18,752 nt of DNA, taken from Macrostomum lignano. Lineage: Eukaryota. Position numbers and translations under genes: made by a program. The stretch covers positions 1-18,752 of the forward strand of contig NIVC01005240.1 of assembly GCA_002269645.1 (NCBI GenBank). The letters run 5' to 3'. Positions 1-10,064 of this stretch are shown in pieces (position 1 is the stretch's first letter; each line of letters opens with the position of its first letter). Under the pieces are notes generated by a model, which saw nothing but the letters and a program-made list of their open reading frames with translations, was not told the origin of the DNA and ran no database searches.

Positions 1-624
1 CCGCCGTCCAGCAGATTGCTGCTTCTATTAATTATCACTAACTTCCCCCACTTCTTTTTTCGGGGTTGGGGTCGCCTTCCCCACCTCGTCGCTGCTTTGT
101 GCTCACTGCCAACCCGCCGCCTTTGCCTTCCTTTTGCTGCTTGTGGGGTTGCGGGTTGATAATCTTTTAACATTTTATTTGACCTTGTACAGATCAGAAG
201 CCCCCTATGCGAGACTTCATTCTCAACACCGTCAGGAAACCCTTTAGATGCCCAGCATAGAAGTGGTGGCAGAACTACTTTAAGTAGTCCCTGCTTTCAA
301 AACTCCTCGGGATTAAAACAGAATGGGATCTTGCTGTCGGAACACAACCCAAGCTACCAATTCTCCATCTAGGCGGGAATGGTGAGGTCTGGTCCCCTTC
401 TACCCTGCTATCAGGACCTCGGGCCATAGCTCTGTAAGCTGTCATTCCCGGGTAGCGAACTATTTTATTCCTACGTTCTACTTTCATTTTTGAAAGCCCT
501 TTTAAATAAGAATAAATAAATTACTTCGTCAACTAAAATTGGATCAACAAATATTAGAAACTTTTCAAATCCTGAGAATCCCGTATTTACTGCTCAGGCT
601 GCAAGCATGAAATTTATCAGTTTA

Positions 625-801
625 TCAAGGAATGTTTACCTTCATCGCTGGCACAGTCGCCTCCAAGAAGCTGCCACCATCGCTAGCTTCAGCAAAGTCG
701 ACCAGCTCACCGGACGGCAGCCTCAGCTTAAGTCGCCGCTTTAACGCCGTCAAATTCGACAAAGAATCAACCGCTAGTCGCACAACATTCTCCGATTTGC
801 T
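625..801 (-). CDS. Probable C-terminal continuation of the hillarin/KY-like CDS in the +1 frame
   Basis: The +1 frame is open for 54 codons directly after the A5 run at 801-805 (SKSENVVRLAVDSLSNLTALKRRLKLRLPSGELVDFAEASDGGSFLEATVPAMK). It ends at a donor-like AAG|GTAAAC (640/639) or reads on as VNIP-TGA (625-627). Confidence 0.5.
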   Translation of the reverse strand, partial: SKSENVVRLAVDSLSNLTALKRRLKLRLPSGELVDFAEASDGGSFLEATVPAMKVNIP

Positions 802-2086
802 TTTTCAACAGCAGCTGCTGAGGACAGAGAAGCCGCTGCTGCTGCCGCTGCTGCCACCATCCGGGTCCAGTTGAAGGAAACTGCTCAGCAGGCGCCTGCC
901 TAGCAACTCCGACTGCTCGAACCAGGTAATTAAAGAAGCATTTCTCTTCGACCCGATTGTTGTCAGTGTCAGTCAGGCTTGCGCTCAATCGCAGCATGTA
1001 GTTTCCAGGGCGAGGAAATCTAGTCATGAAAGCGATTCGACGATTGCTATCATCCTGAGTCTGGCCGTCACCCCGCTCTTCCAGCTGAGCAAATGTCATT
1101 CCGTCGAGAACTTTCTCCTGGCTGTCCAGCTGCACCAGCTCGCAGGAGAAACTACTAAACTGGTCGCCATCTAGATCGTCGGCAACCTGCCAAACAGTCT
1201 TCAACTCGAATTCTTCCGTTCGAATGTACGGCTCGGGATGACTGACCGGAGTCAGTTTGAGCAGCCGCGGGTCGTCGCCACCACTGCCGACAACTCGACC
1301 GAGCTGCTGCGCCGATGTTGGCAGCGACGCCGGGGCGTCCAAGCATTCGATGTCGGCATCGATGAGGAACTGGCAGAGAGGCCAGTCGGCGTCGCCGTAG
1401 ATCACCAGCGCGTACTGGCCGGCCTCGCGGGCCAGGAAGTGGAAGGCGCTGCCGTCGCCGGCCTCCTGGCGCCAGGCCAGCAGCTTCCCAGACGCGTCGC
1501 TGTCGTCGTCAACTCCGCGCACGGCGGCGCGAAGGCCTTTGGTCGATTCCGGATGTCGAAGTCGGAGAGTGGCTTCGCCGTCGCCAGCCAGCAGTTCGCC
1601 AGGCGAGTCGCTCTCGATGCCAGCCTCGGCGGCGCGTTTCCCGGCGCCGAATTCGCTGAGCTGCTTCGGATCGGCGCCCTCCGGTAGGCGGCGCGGATTT
1701 GGCGCGGCGCAGTGCAGCACGTACAGGTAGAGCGGGTAAACCGTGACGCGAACCTCGGCACCTTCAGTCTGCTCGATGCGACCTTTCACCAGCAGTTGGT
1801 ACTTGCCCTTTGCTGGCGGGGTGCAGGACACTGTCAGGGCTCGACCATTGCGCGACACCCTGGTGAGCCGCTCCATGCTGGGGTCCTGCACCGCCTGCTT
1901 GATGGCAGCGGCGGCCGCGGCGTTGAAAGACGACTTGTGCAGAAACAGCTCGACGCTGTACTCGCGCGTTTGCTGCCCGCTCTCCCGAAAGGTGAGCGCC
2001 GCTAAGCCGTTAGACGGGACTAGGATCACGTTGCGAGGACAGTCGACCACTTCTAAGCCGAACTGTCGCTCGAATTCGATGTTGAC
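767..2086 (-). CDS. Coding exon 3 of a hillarin / kyphoscoliosis peptidase (KY)-like protein; repeated C-terminal beta-rich modules
   Basis: Long GC-rich ORF with acceptor GCTGCAG|GTC at 2087/2086, in phase 0 with exon 2 (MPK|VNIEFERQFGL). It has repeated P..GxYxLx(I/V) and (L/F)xY motifs (GKYQLLV, GQYALVI, GNYMLRL) typical of KY/hillarin C-termini. Confidence 0.8.
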   Translation of the reverse strand, partial: VNIEFERQFGLEVVDCPRNVILVPSNGLAALTFRESGQQTREYSVELFLHKSSFNAAAAAAIKQAVQDPSMERLTRVSRNGRALTVSCTPPAKGKYQLLVKGRIEQTEGAEVRVTVYPLYLYVLHCAAPNPRRLPEGADPKQLSEFGAGKRAAEAGIESDSPGELLAGDGEATLRLRHPESTKGLRAAVRGVDDDSDASGKLLAWRQEAGDGSAFHFLAREAGQYALVIYGDADWPLCQFLIDADIECLDAPASLPTSAQQLGRVVGSGGDDPRLLKLTPVSHPEPYIRTEEFELKTVWQVADDLDGDQFSSFSCELVQLDSQEKVLDGMTFAQLEERGDGQTQDDSNRRIAFMTRFPRPGNYMLRLSASLTDTDNNRVEEKCFFNYLVRAVGVARQAPAEQFPSTGPGWWQQRQQQRLLCPQQLLLKKQIGECCATSG

Positions 2087-2239
2087 CTGCAGCGTTTCAA
2101 TTTGGAAGAGCTGCTGCGGATTTCTGAAGCTTGCCAACTCAAAAATCGCAACTTACACGAAGCTAACTCATTTAGGCCAAGTTCTATTTTCCATTACATA
2201 AAAACCGCAAGCTCAATAAGCTGCAATCTAGGACAATTC

Positions 2240-5200
2240 CCCTCCTCCAAATCTCCCCTCCGCGAGTCTATATTCCCCCGAGTCTTCTCTCAAATCTTCT
2301 CCCAAGAATCTCCCCTCAAATCTCTCCTCCCCTGACTCTAAACCCCCGAGTCTCCCCTCAAATCTTCCCTCCCACGAGTCTCCCCCCGAGTCTCCCCTCC
2401 CCGGTCTCCCTCCTCCGAGTCTCCCCTCCCCGAGTCTCCCCTCCCCGAGTCTCCCCTCCCAGAGTCTCCCCTCCCAGAGTCTCCCCTCCTCCGAGTCTCC
2501 CCTCCTCCAAGTCTTCCCTCCTCGAGTCTCCCCTCTCCGATTCTCCCCTCCTCCGAGTCTCCCCTCCCCGAGTCTCCCCTCCTCCGAGTCTCCCCTCCCC
2601 GAATCTCCTCCTCCCGAGTCTCCCCTCTTCGAGTCTCCCCTCGTCCGAGTCTCCCCTCCTCCGAGTCTCCCCTCCTCGAGTCTCCCCTCCTCCGAGTCTC
2701 CCCTCCTCGAGTCTCCCCTCCTCGAGTCTCCCCTCCTCCGAGTCTCCCCTCCTCCAAGTCTCCCCTCCTCCGAGTCTCCCCTCCTCGAGTCTCCCCTCCT
2801 CCGAGTCTCCCCTCCTCCAAGTCTCCCCTCCCCGAGTCTCCCCTCCCCGAGTCTCTCCTCCCCCCCGAGTCTCCCCTCCCCGAGTCTCCCCTCCTCAAGT
2901 CTCTCCTCCCCGATTCTCCCCTCCCCGATTCTCCCCTCCCCGAGTCTCCCCTCCTCCGAGTCTCCCCTCCTCCGAGTCTCCCCTCCTCGAGTCTCCCCTC
3001 CTCCGAGTCTCCCCTCCTCCAAGTCTCCCCTCCTCGAGTCTCCCCTCTCGAGTCTCCCCTCCTCCGAGTCTCCCCTCCTCCAAGTCTCCCCTCCTCCGAG
3101 TCTCCCCTCCCCGAGTCTCCCCTCCCCGAGTCTCCCCTCCTCAAGTCTCTCCTCCCCGAGTCTCCCCTCCCCGAGTCTCCCCTCCCCGAGTCTCCCCTCC
3201 TCCGAGTCTCCCCTCCTCGAGTCTCCCCTCCTCCGAGTCTCCCCTCCTCCAAGTCTCCCCTCCCCGAGTCTCCTCTCCCCGAGTCTCTCCTCCCCCCCGA
3301 GTCTCCCCTCCCCGAGTCTCCCCTCCTCAAGTCTCTCCTCCCCGATTCTCCCCTCCCCGATTCTCCCCTCCCCGAGTCTCCCCTCCTCCGAGTCTCCCCT
3401 CCTCCGAGTCTCCCCTCCTCGAGTCTCCCCTCCTCCGAGTCTCCCCTCCTCCAAGTCTCCCCTCCTCGAGTCTCCCCTCCTCGAGTCTCCCCTCCTCCGA
3501 GTCTCCCCTCCTCCAAGTCTCCCCTCCTCCGAGTCTCCCCTCCCCGAGTCTCCCCTCCCCGAGTCTCCCCTCCTCAAGTCTCTCCTCCCCGATTCTCCCC
3601 TCCCCGATTCTCCCCTCCCCGAGTCTCCCCTCCTCCGAGTCTCCCCTCCTCGAGTCTCCCCTCCTCCGAGTCTCCCCTCCTCGAGTCTCCCCTCCTCGAG
3701 TCTCCCCTCCTCCGAGTCTCCCCTCCTCCAAGTCTCCCCTCCTCCGAGTCTCCCCTCCCCGAGTCTCCCCTCCCCGAGTCTCCCCTCCTCAAGTCTCTCC
3801 TCCCCGATTCTCCCCTCCCCGATTCTCCCCTCCCCGAGTCTCCCCTCCTCCGAGTCTCCCCTCCCCGAGTCTCCCCTCCTCCGAGTCTCCCCTCCTCCAA
3901 GTCTCCCCTCCCCGAGTCTCCCCTCCCCGAGTCTCTCCTCCCCCCCGAGTCTCCCCTCCCCGAGTCTCCCCTCCTCAAGTCTCTCCTCCCCGATTCTCCC
4001 CTCCCCGATTCTCCCCTCCCCGAGTCTCCCCTCCTCCGAGTCTCCCCTCCTCCGAGTCTCCCCTCCTCGAGTCTCCCCTCCTCCGAGTCTCCCCTCCTCC
4101 AAGTCTCCCCTCCCCGAGTCTCCTCTCCTCCGAGTCTCCCCTCCTCCGAGTCTCCCCTCCCCGAGTCTCCTCTCCTCCGAGTCTCCCCTCCTCCGAGTCT
4201 CCCCTCCCCGAATCTCCTCCTCCCGAGTCTCCCCTCCCCGAGTCTCCCCTCCCCGAGTCTCCCCTCCTCAAGTCTCTCCTCCCCGATTCTCCCCTCCCCG
4301 ATTCTCCCCTCCCCGAGTCTCCCCTCCTCCAAGTCTCCCCTCCTCCGAGTCTCCCCTCCCCGAGTCTCCCCTCCCCGAGTCTCCCCTCCTCAAGTCTCTC
4401 CTCCCCGATTCTCCCCTCCCCGAGTCTCCCCTCCTCCGAGTCTCCCCTCCTCGAGTCTCCCCTCCTCCGAGTCTCCCCTCCTCCAAGTCTCCCCTCCCCG
4501 AGTCTCCCCTCCCGAGTCTCTCCTCCCCCCGAGTCTCCCCTCCCTGAGTCTCCCCTCCTCAAGTCTCTCCTCCCCGATTCTCCCCTCCCCGATTCTCCCC
4601 TCCCCGAGTCTCCCCTCCTCCGAGTCTCCCCTCCTCCGAGTCTCCCCTCCTCGAGTCTCCCCTCCTCCGAGTCTCCCCTCCTCCAAGTCTCCCCTCCCCG
4701 AGTCTCCACTCCCCGAGTCTCCCCTCCTCCGAGTCTCCCCTCCCCGAGTCTCCTCTCCTCCGAGTCTCCCCTCCTCCGAGTCTCCCCTCCCCGAATCTCC
4801 TCCTCCCGAGTCTCCCCTCCCCGAGTCTCCCCTCCCGAGTCTCCCCTCCTCAAGTCTCTCCTCCCCGATTCTCCCCTCCCCGATTCTCCCCTTCCCGAGT
4901 CTCCCCTCCCCGAGTCTCCCCTCCCCGAGTCTCTCCTCCCCCGAGTCTCCCCTCCTCCGAGTCTCCCCTCCCCGAGTCTCACCCTCTTCCGAGTCTCCCC
5001 TCCCCGAATCTCCACCTCACGAATCTCCTCCTCCCGAGTCTCCCCTCCCCGAATCTCCACCTCACGAATCTCCTCCTCCCGAGTCTCCCCTCTTCCGAGT
5101 CTCCCCTCCCCGAGTCTCCCCTCCCTGAGTCTCCCCTCCCCGAATCTCCTCCTCCCGAGTCTCCCCTCTTCCGAGTCTCTCCTCCCCGAGTCTCCCCTCC

Positions 5201-5330
5201 CTGAGTCTCCCCTCCCCGAATCTCCTCCTCCCGAGTCTCCCCTCTTCGAGTCTCCCCTCTCAGAGTCTCCCCTCCTCTAGTCTCTCCGCCCTCCAAAAAT
5301 CTCCCCTCACACGGATCTCCCCTTAATCTT
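2240..5330. repeat. About 3.1-kb intronic C/T-rich satellite of 15-16-bp units (GAGTCTCCCCTCCCC / GAGTCTCCCCTCCTCC and variants)
   Basis: Directly visible array of roughly 200 units, with variants AAGTCTCTCCTCCCC, GATTCTCCCCTCCCC and GAATCTCCTCCTCCC. Units are degenerate at both ends. Confidence 0.97.
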
Positions 5331-5358
5331 CTTAGAAATTCCCTTAGCAAGACAGCAC

Positions 5359-5731
5359 CTTGGGCATCTGATAGAACTCAGCAGCGGTGACCGGTCGGAC
5401 CAGCAGCTGCCACTCAGCAGACTCCAACGGCAGATGGTCCTGCACGAAGACGTCCGCATCTGTGAGGAAGTACTCCTCGTTGCAGTGGTACAGGCGGCTG
5501 CCGGCACTCGCCTTGGCGTCCGCCACGTCGCCGCTCGACTCGTCGATTCGTCGATAATTGCCGTCGGAGAAATTCACCACAGCCGTGGAGCCCCAGTGAG
5601 CATCGACGAAGCGCCACTCGCCGAGCAGCCAGCAGGCGAACCAGGCACCCGTGGAGCGGCAGGCGTAGCCCAGCTTGAACTCGATGCCCTTCTTGAGGCC
5701 GCGCAGCCTCTTGTAGGGAATTGTGCCGGCT
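5359..5731 (-). CDS. Coding exon 2 of the hillarin/KY-like gene; core of the transglutaminase-like domain
   Basis: Acceptor CCCACAG| at 5732/5731 and donor AAG|GTGCTG at 5359/5358. It reads [15 protein letters not shown]...[20 protein letters not shown]...[41 protein letters not shown], matching the family motifs W..VD..WG and E.YFLTD..F...H.P....WQLL..P....EF. Confidence 0.88.
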
Positions 5732-5753
5732 CTGTGGGTGGATGTGGAATTAA

Positions 5754-6036
<283 letters not shown>

Positions 6037-6065
6037 TATCACCGTCCCCAGAGTTCCCAGCTCAC

Positions 6066-6652
6066 ACAAGGAGCCGTTCGAACACATCCGACTGCATCGA
6101 ATGGTCCCTCATTTTAGCTACAATGTCCAGCGGGCCGCCCTTCAGCGCCGCGGCAGCCGCAGCCGTCAGCTTGGCCGGATCGACTGTGCCCACAAAATAG
6201 AAGGCGGTCCGCAGGCGGTCGAGCTCGTCCTGGCACTCGCCGAACAGCTGCTTCGCGAATGACTCCCAGGACTGTCGGGGGCCCGGCAGCTGGCTTCGGG
6301 CTCGCTTGTCGACATCAACAAAATCGGCCAGATTGAAAATCTCCGACTTTCGACGCCGAGAGGGCAGAGGAGCCGCCGCCTCAGTTTTGTTCTCCTGTTT
6401 GGGCGAGCGTCCAAATTCTTTCTGGCGTCTGGCCAACCAGTGCATGGTCGGGTAGGTCCCGGACTCGACCCCGGCTGCTACATCCTCGTCAGGCGGATAG
6501 CAATAAGATCCCAATGGCAGTTCGTCTTTTTCTAGCGCATAGTCGTAGGACTTCATGTGGTCGGGAAGCTGCAAGCCTCTGGCAGCTGATCTGCTTCTGG
6601 TTGAGGAGGCAGAAGACTTTACTGACTGCCGTCGGTCGCTTGATGAAGACAT
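6066..6652 (-). CDS. Coding exon 1 of the hillarin/KY-like gene
   Basis: ATG at 6652 lies 15 nt after acceptor TTTTCAG| (6668). The ORF reads MSSSSDRR...[26 protein letters not shown]...DVFERLL. Donor GT|GTGAG at 6066/6065 is phase 2 and joins exon 2 in frame (587+373 nt = 320 codons). Confidence 0.8.
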
Positions 6653-6719
6653 TTTCAGCTGAGGGTGCTGAAAATATTATGTTGGCCTCGGCAGATGAAA
6701 TGGTCAACTGGCCGTAGAA

Positions 6720-7215
6720 AACACTGTCCATATTCCCTTAGTTGCCATGGCCAACACTGTCCATATTCCCTTAGTTGCCATAGACAACACTGTCCATATT
6801 CCCTTCGTTGCCATAGACAACACTGTCCATATTCCCTTCGTTGCCATGGACAACACTGTCCATATTCCCTTAGTTGCCATAGACAACACTGTCCATATTT
6901 CCCGTTGCCATAGACAACACTGTCCATATTACCCGTTGCCATGGACAACACTGTCCATATTCCCCGCTGCCATAGACAACACTGTCCATATTCCCCGTTA
7001 CCATAGACAACACTGTCCATATTACCCGTTGCCATAGACAACACTGTCCATATTACCCGTTGCCATGGACAACACTGTCCATATTCCCCGCTGCCATAGA
7101 CAACACTGTCCATATTCACCGCTGCCATAGACAACACTGTCCATATTCCCCGCTGCCATAGACAACACTGTCCATATTCCCCGCTGCCATAGGCAACACT
7201 GTCCATATTCTCCGT
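6720..7215. repeat. Minisatellite of about 16 copies of 31/33 bp (AACACTGTCCATATTCCC[TTA/C]GTTGCCATAGAC)
   Basis: Five 33-bp units followed by about eleven 31-bp units, head to tail with no spacers. Confidence 0.95.
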
Positions 7216-7322
7216 TGCAGAAGGTATATAGGAAAAACTCCTGTGAGCCCTGTACCACAATAGAACTTGATTTACAAACAAACAGCAAAAAATGCATAAG
7301 AATAATATATGGATAAGCTTAC

Positions 7323-7359
7323 CTTGCAACAATGCTCTAACCAAGCCTCTTGACAATAA
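7323..7359 (-). other. Candidate 37-nt upstream non-coding exon of the hillarin/KY-like gene
   Basis: Acceptor TTTTAAACTCTGCAACAG| at 7360 and a consensus donor AAG|GTAAGC at 7323/7322. It would define intron 6668-7322 around the minisatellite. Confidence 0.45.
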
Positions 7360-7999
7360 CTGTTGCAGAGTTTAAAAAGTCAAAGCACAAGATAATGGAG
7401 AACCTGCTGTCAGACTGATATAGCTGGCAGACTATTATTTTTGACGTCAATCAAACGCCAGTCAATTAGTGTTCATAAAAAACAATTCTTCCTTCCATAT
7501 ACTAAAAATCATATCTATAATTAAAATATTTCTGAATGACGCAAAGCATCCGTTCATGCCTCAAACTCTTCCACTATTTGACTGCAGTCACCGCCTCTGT
7601 GTGTGCATGGGACATCCGCTGCCACATCTCCTAAGCTCTCTGTCCCATCAACCCAATCATGCAGGCTCTTCTAGACCGTCTCTTGCTACTCCTGCGCCTG
7701 CACAGCAAACTGGCTTTTGGGGCTTTGGGTTTTTTGTTTCATTTAGGGCTCAACGTTAATACAACAATGCTGCAGTACGGCCGCGGCGGGTGGCCAACCC
7801 CCCCCCCCACCGCAATCTCATCCCCCAGGTTGCCATCGCAACGGCCCCCTCTTGGAAAAGGCGAGAGGGGATAGAGCGCGAAAAGAGGGTAGAGAGGGGT
7901 TGGAGGAAGCGAGAAAACGGGAAAGCGAGACAAAGAGAAGCGTAGCTTTGCAAAAATGGAATTCGGGGTCGATTGGGGTGTGGGATTCGGGTGGGAATC

Positions 8000-8365
<366 letters not shown>

Positions 8366-8819
8366 GATGTTTAGCTCAAGCCAGACAGATGAGGGTCACC
8401 TGTTGGAGAGGTGCATGCCATCTGTCAGTCTGACGAGTGTCACTGTTATTCGTGCATATATTGTTAGTCATTAAAGTCTCAAATTGCTTTGAGACGTGTA
8501 AACTGAGGCGAAAAAGAATTTTGTACTCAAAAGGGACCGCTTGCGTTTGTACGGTGTCGGTTTTTATCCTGTTTGAGGGAGCTGTCGTATTGATGCTTCT
8601 GATTAATATTATAGAATACTACCTAATAGTTGAATGCTATGCTCCAAATCCAAGCATAAAATAATTGATTGCGATTTTATTAAATTCTCATTGCTTTCTG
8701 TAAGTAGGGTCTGACGAATAAAACTAAAAAATATATAGTGATTTTATGCTACACTACTAAATTTTTAACTTTCAACGTCATGAGCCCTTCTCGGGCGTAC
8801 GATCGCGTCTAAATGTCTT

Positions 8820-9545
8820 TTTAGAAGCAGATAGATAATCATATCTGGAAATGGGCAGACAGACGAAGCCAAAACATAGACGTGTACATAAAGGCGTTAT
8901 AGTTCTAGTGATGTACATGTAGATGTATGCTTGGTTCTGAAGACGACTGCTTAAAACAATATAAAAGTGATATGCATTCGGGCGAACATGATGTCGGCAG
9001 TTGAAGGACGAAGCACAATCGAGTGTGGTATGAAGAAGGCATTGTGAGGCCCTCCAGCAGAGGCATCGAACCCCTTGACGCATTGGTGACCTTGACCCAC
9101 ACTGACATGGTGAGACTGTCGAGACACACCGAAGTCAGCTGGTCAATGTTGAACCGCTCTGACACACCCGACTGACCAGTGAAGTTGACGGCGCTGTCCG
9201 TGTACTGCATCGGGATGTTCTCCTGCAGGTCGAGATGGCCGCTGTTCGAGACCGCATTGCGAGTCCGAGTGGCGTTGCTCATGGGCCAGAAGGCGACGAG
9301 ACCGCGCTGGCGCAGGGCGCTCCACGACTGGCAGTCGGTGTCGTTCGTCAGACTGGCGGTCTGGAGGCTGTCCGACATGTTGCAGACGCCTGCGCGGTGG
9401 CTCCAGGCGATGCAGGGACGACGGAGCTGAGAGCACAGGAAGGCGCACATGCGGGCGCTCGAGGCCGCCAGCGAGTGCTGTGCAGCTCGGCGTTCGCACC
9501 GATGCAGAAAAGCAGGCCGAGAAGCAGCGGCAGAAGCAGAAGCAT
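8820..9545 (-). pseudogene. Frameshifted, internally deleted paralog of the PAN-LamG gene at 11996-12922
   Basis: 9020-9480 aligns without gaps to 12339-12799 (15 mismatches in 461 nt). Its signal peptide (ATG 9545, MLLLLPLLLGLLFCIGANAELHS) is out of frame with the domain. There is a 1-nt loss near 9015 and about 400 nt of 3' CDS is missing. 8820-8980 is homologous to 11755-11900. Confidence 0.85.
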
Positions 9546-9877
9546 CGCAATCCAAACAAAAATCGAAGACCCAAAGTGAGACTGAGATTTTAGTCAGCAA
9601 ATTTATCTTGGCTGGCTGTCAACATGCAGAACTCCATTAACCATGCTCCACTCTTGTGTCCAGTTCTGGTAAATTGATGTACGAAATTTTTCATGAAATC
9701 ACTGAACATGCAAGTTGTGCAAGTTGTGCGGGATTTTTTTTCTACTTAAACTATAATGGATGGATTGAGAACACATGGCTCGTATACTTTTTCTAAGGTC
9801 ATGGATGATGCATGGCGGCAAAATTGTTGCTAAGAAGCAAAAATATTTTTGGATGACAGCTGATCTACTTTCAGTAG

Positions 9878-10064
9878 CAGGGGCGTAGCCAGGAATTTCC
9901 TACGGGGGGGGGATACACCAAGGTGAATTTCCTACGGGGGGGATACACCAAGGTAAAAGTGCTCACATGGTAGCATGTATAGCGAAAAAGTGCAACAAAA
10001 AAGTTTTGGTCAGGCTCTTCGGGGGGGGATACATCCCCCCTGATCCCCCCTCCCTACGCCACTG
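9878..10064. mobile_element. 187-bp non-autonomous DNA transposon (MITE), hAT-like
   Basis: TIRs CAGGGGCGTAG / CTACGCCACTG (11 bp, 1 mismatch). Perfect 8-bp direct repeat TTCAGTAG at 9870-9877 and 10065-10072. No coding capacity. Confidence 0.88.

Noticed and set aside
275-487. 70-aa ORF as a further exon of the KY-like gene
   Set aside because: It has no family motifs and no convincing in-phase acceptor.
1155-2335. Plus-strand and alternative-frame ORFs over exon 3, and similar ones over 9143-9640, 12024-12907 and 16011-16454
   Set aside because: These are shadow ORFs of GC-rich coding sequence in another frame or strand.
2228-5350. Long RGG/RGDS-rich ORFs (up to 624 aa) on the minus strand, suggestive of an RNA-binding or integrin-binding protein
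   Set aside because: They are translations of a stop-poor 15/16-bp satellite, open in all three frames. Starts are non-ATG and they lie inside a well-defined intron; retaining the intron gives a stop at 5344.
6655-7356. CRISPR-like array or Cys-rich repeat protein in the 31/33-bp repeats
   Set aside because: Units are head to tail with no unique spacers, there are no cas genes, the context is eukaryotic, and 31-bp units rotate the reading frame.
8905-9600. 231-aa ORF as an intact second PAN-LamG gene
   Set aside because: It starts at TTG with no signal peptide in frame. The true signal peptide is in another frame and the C-terminal LamG strands are deleted.
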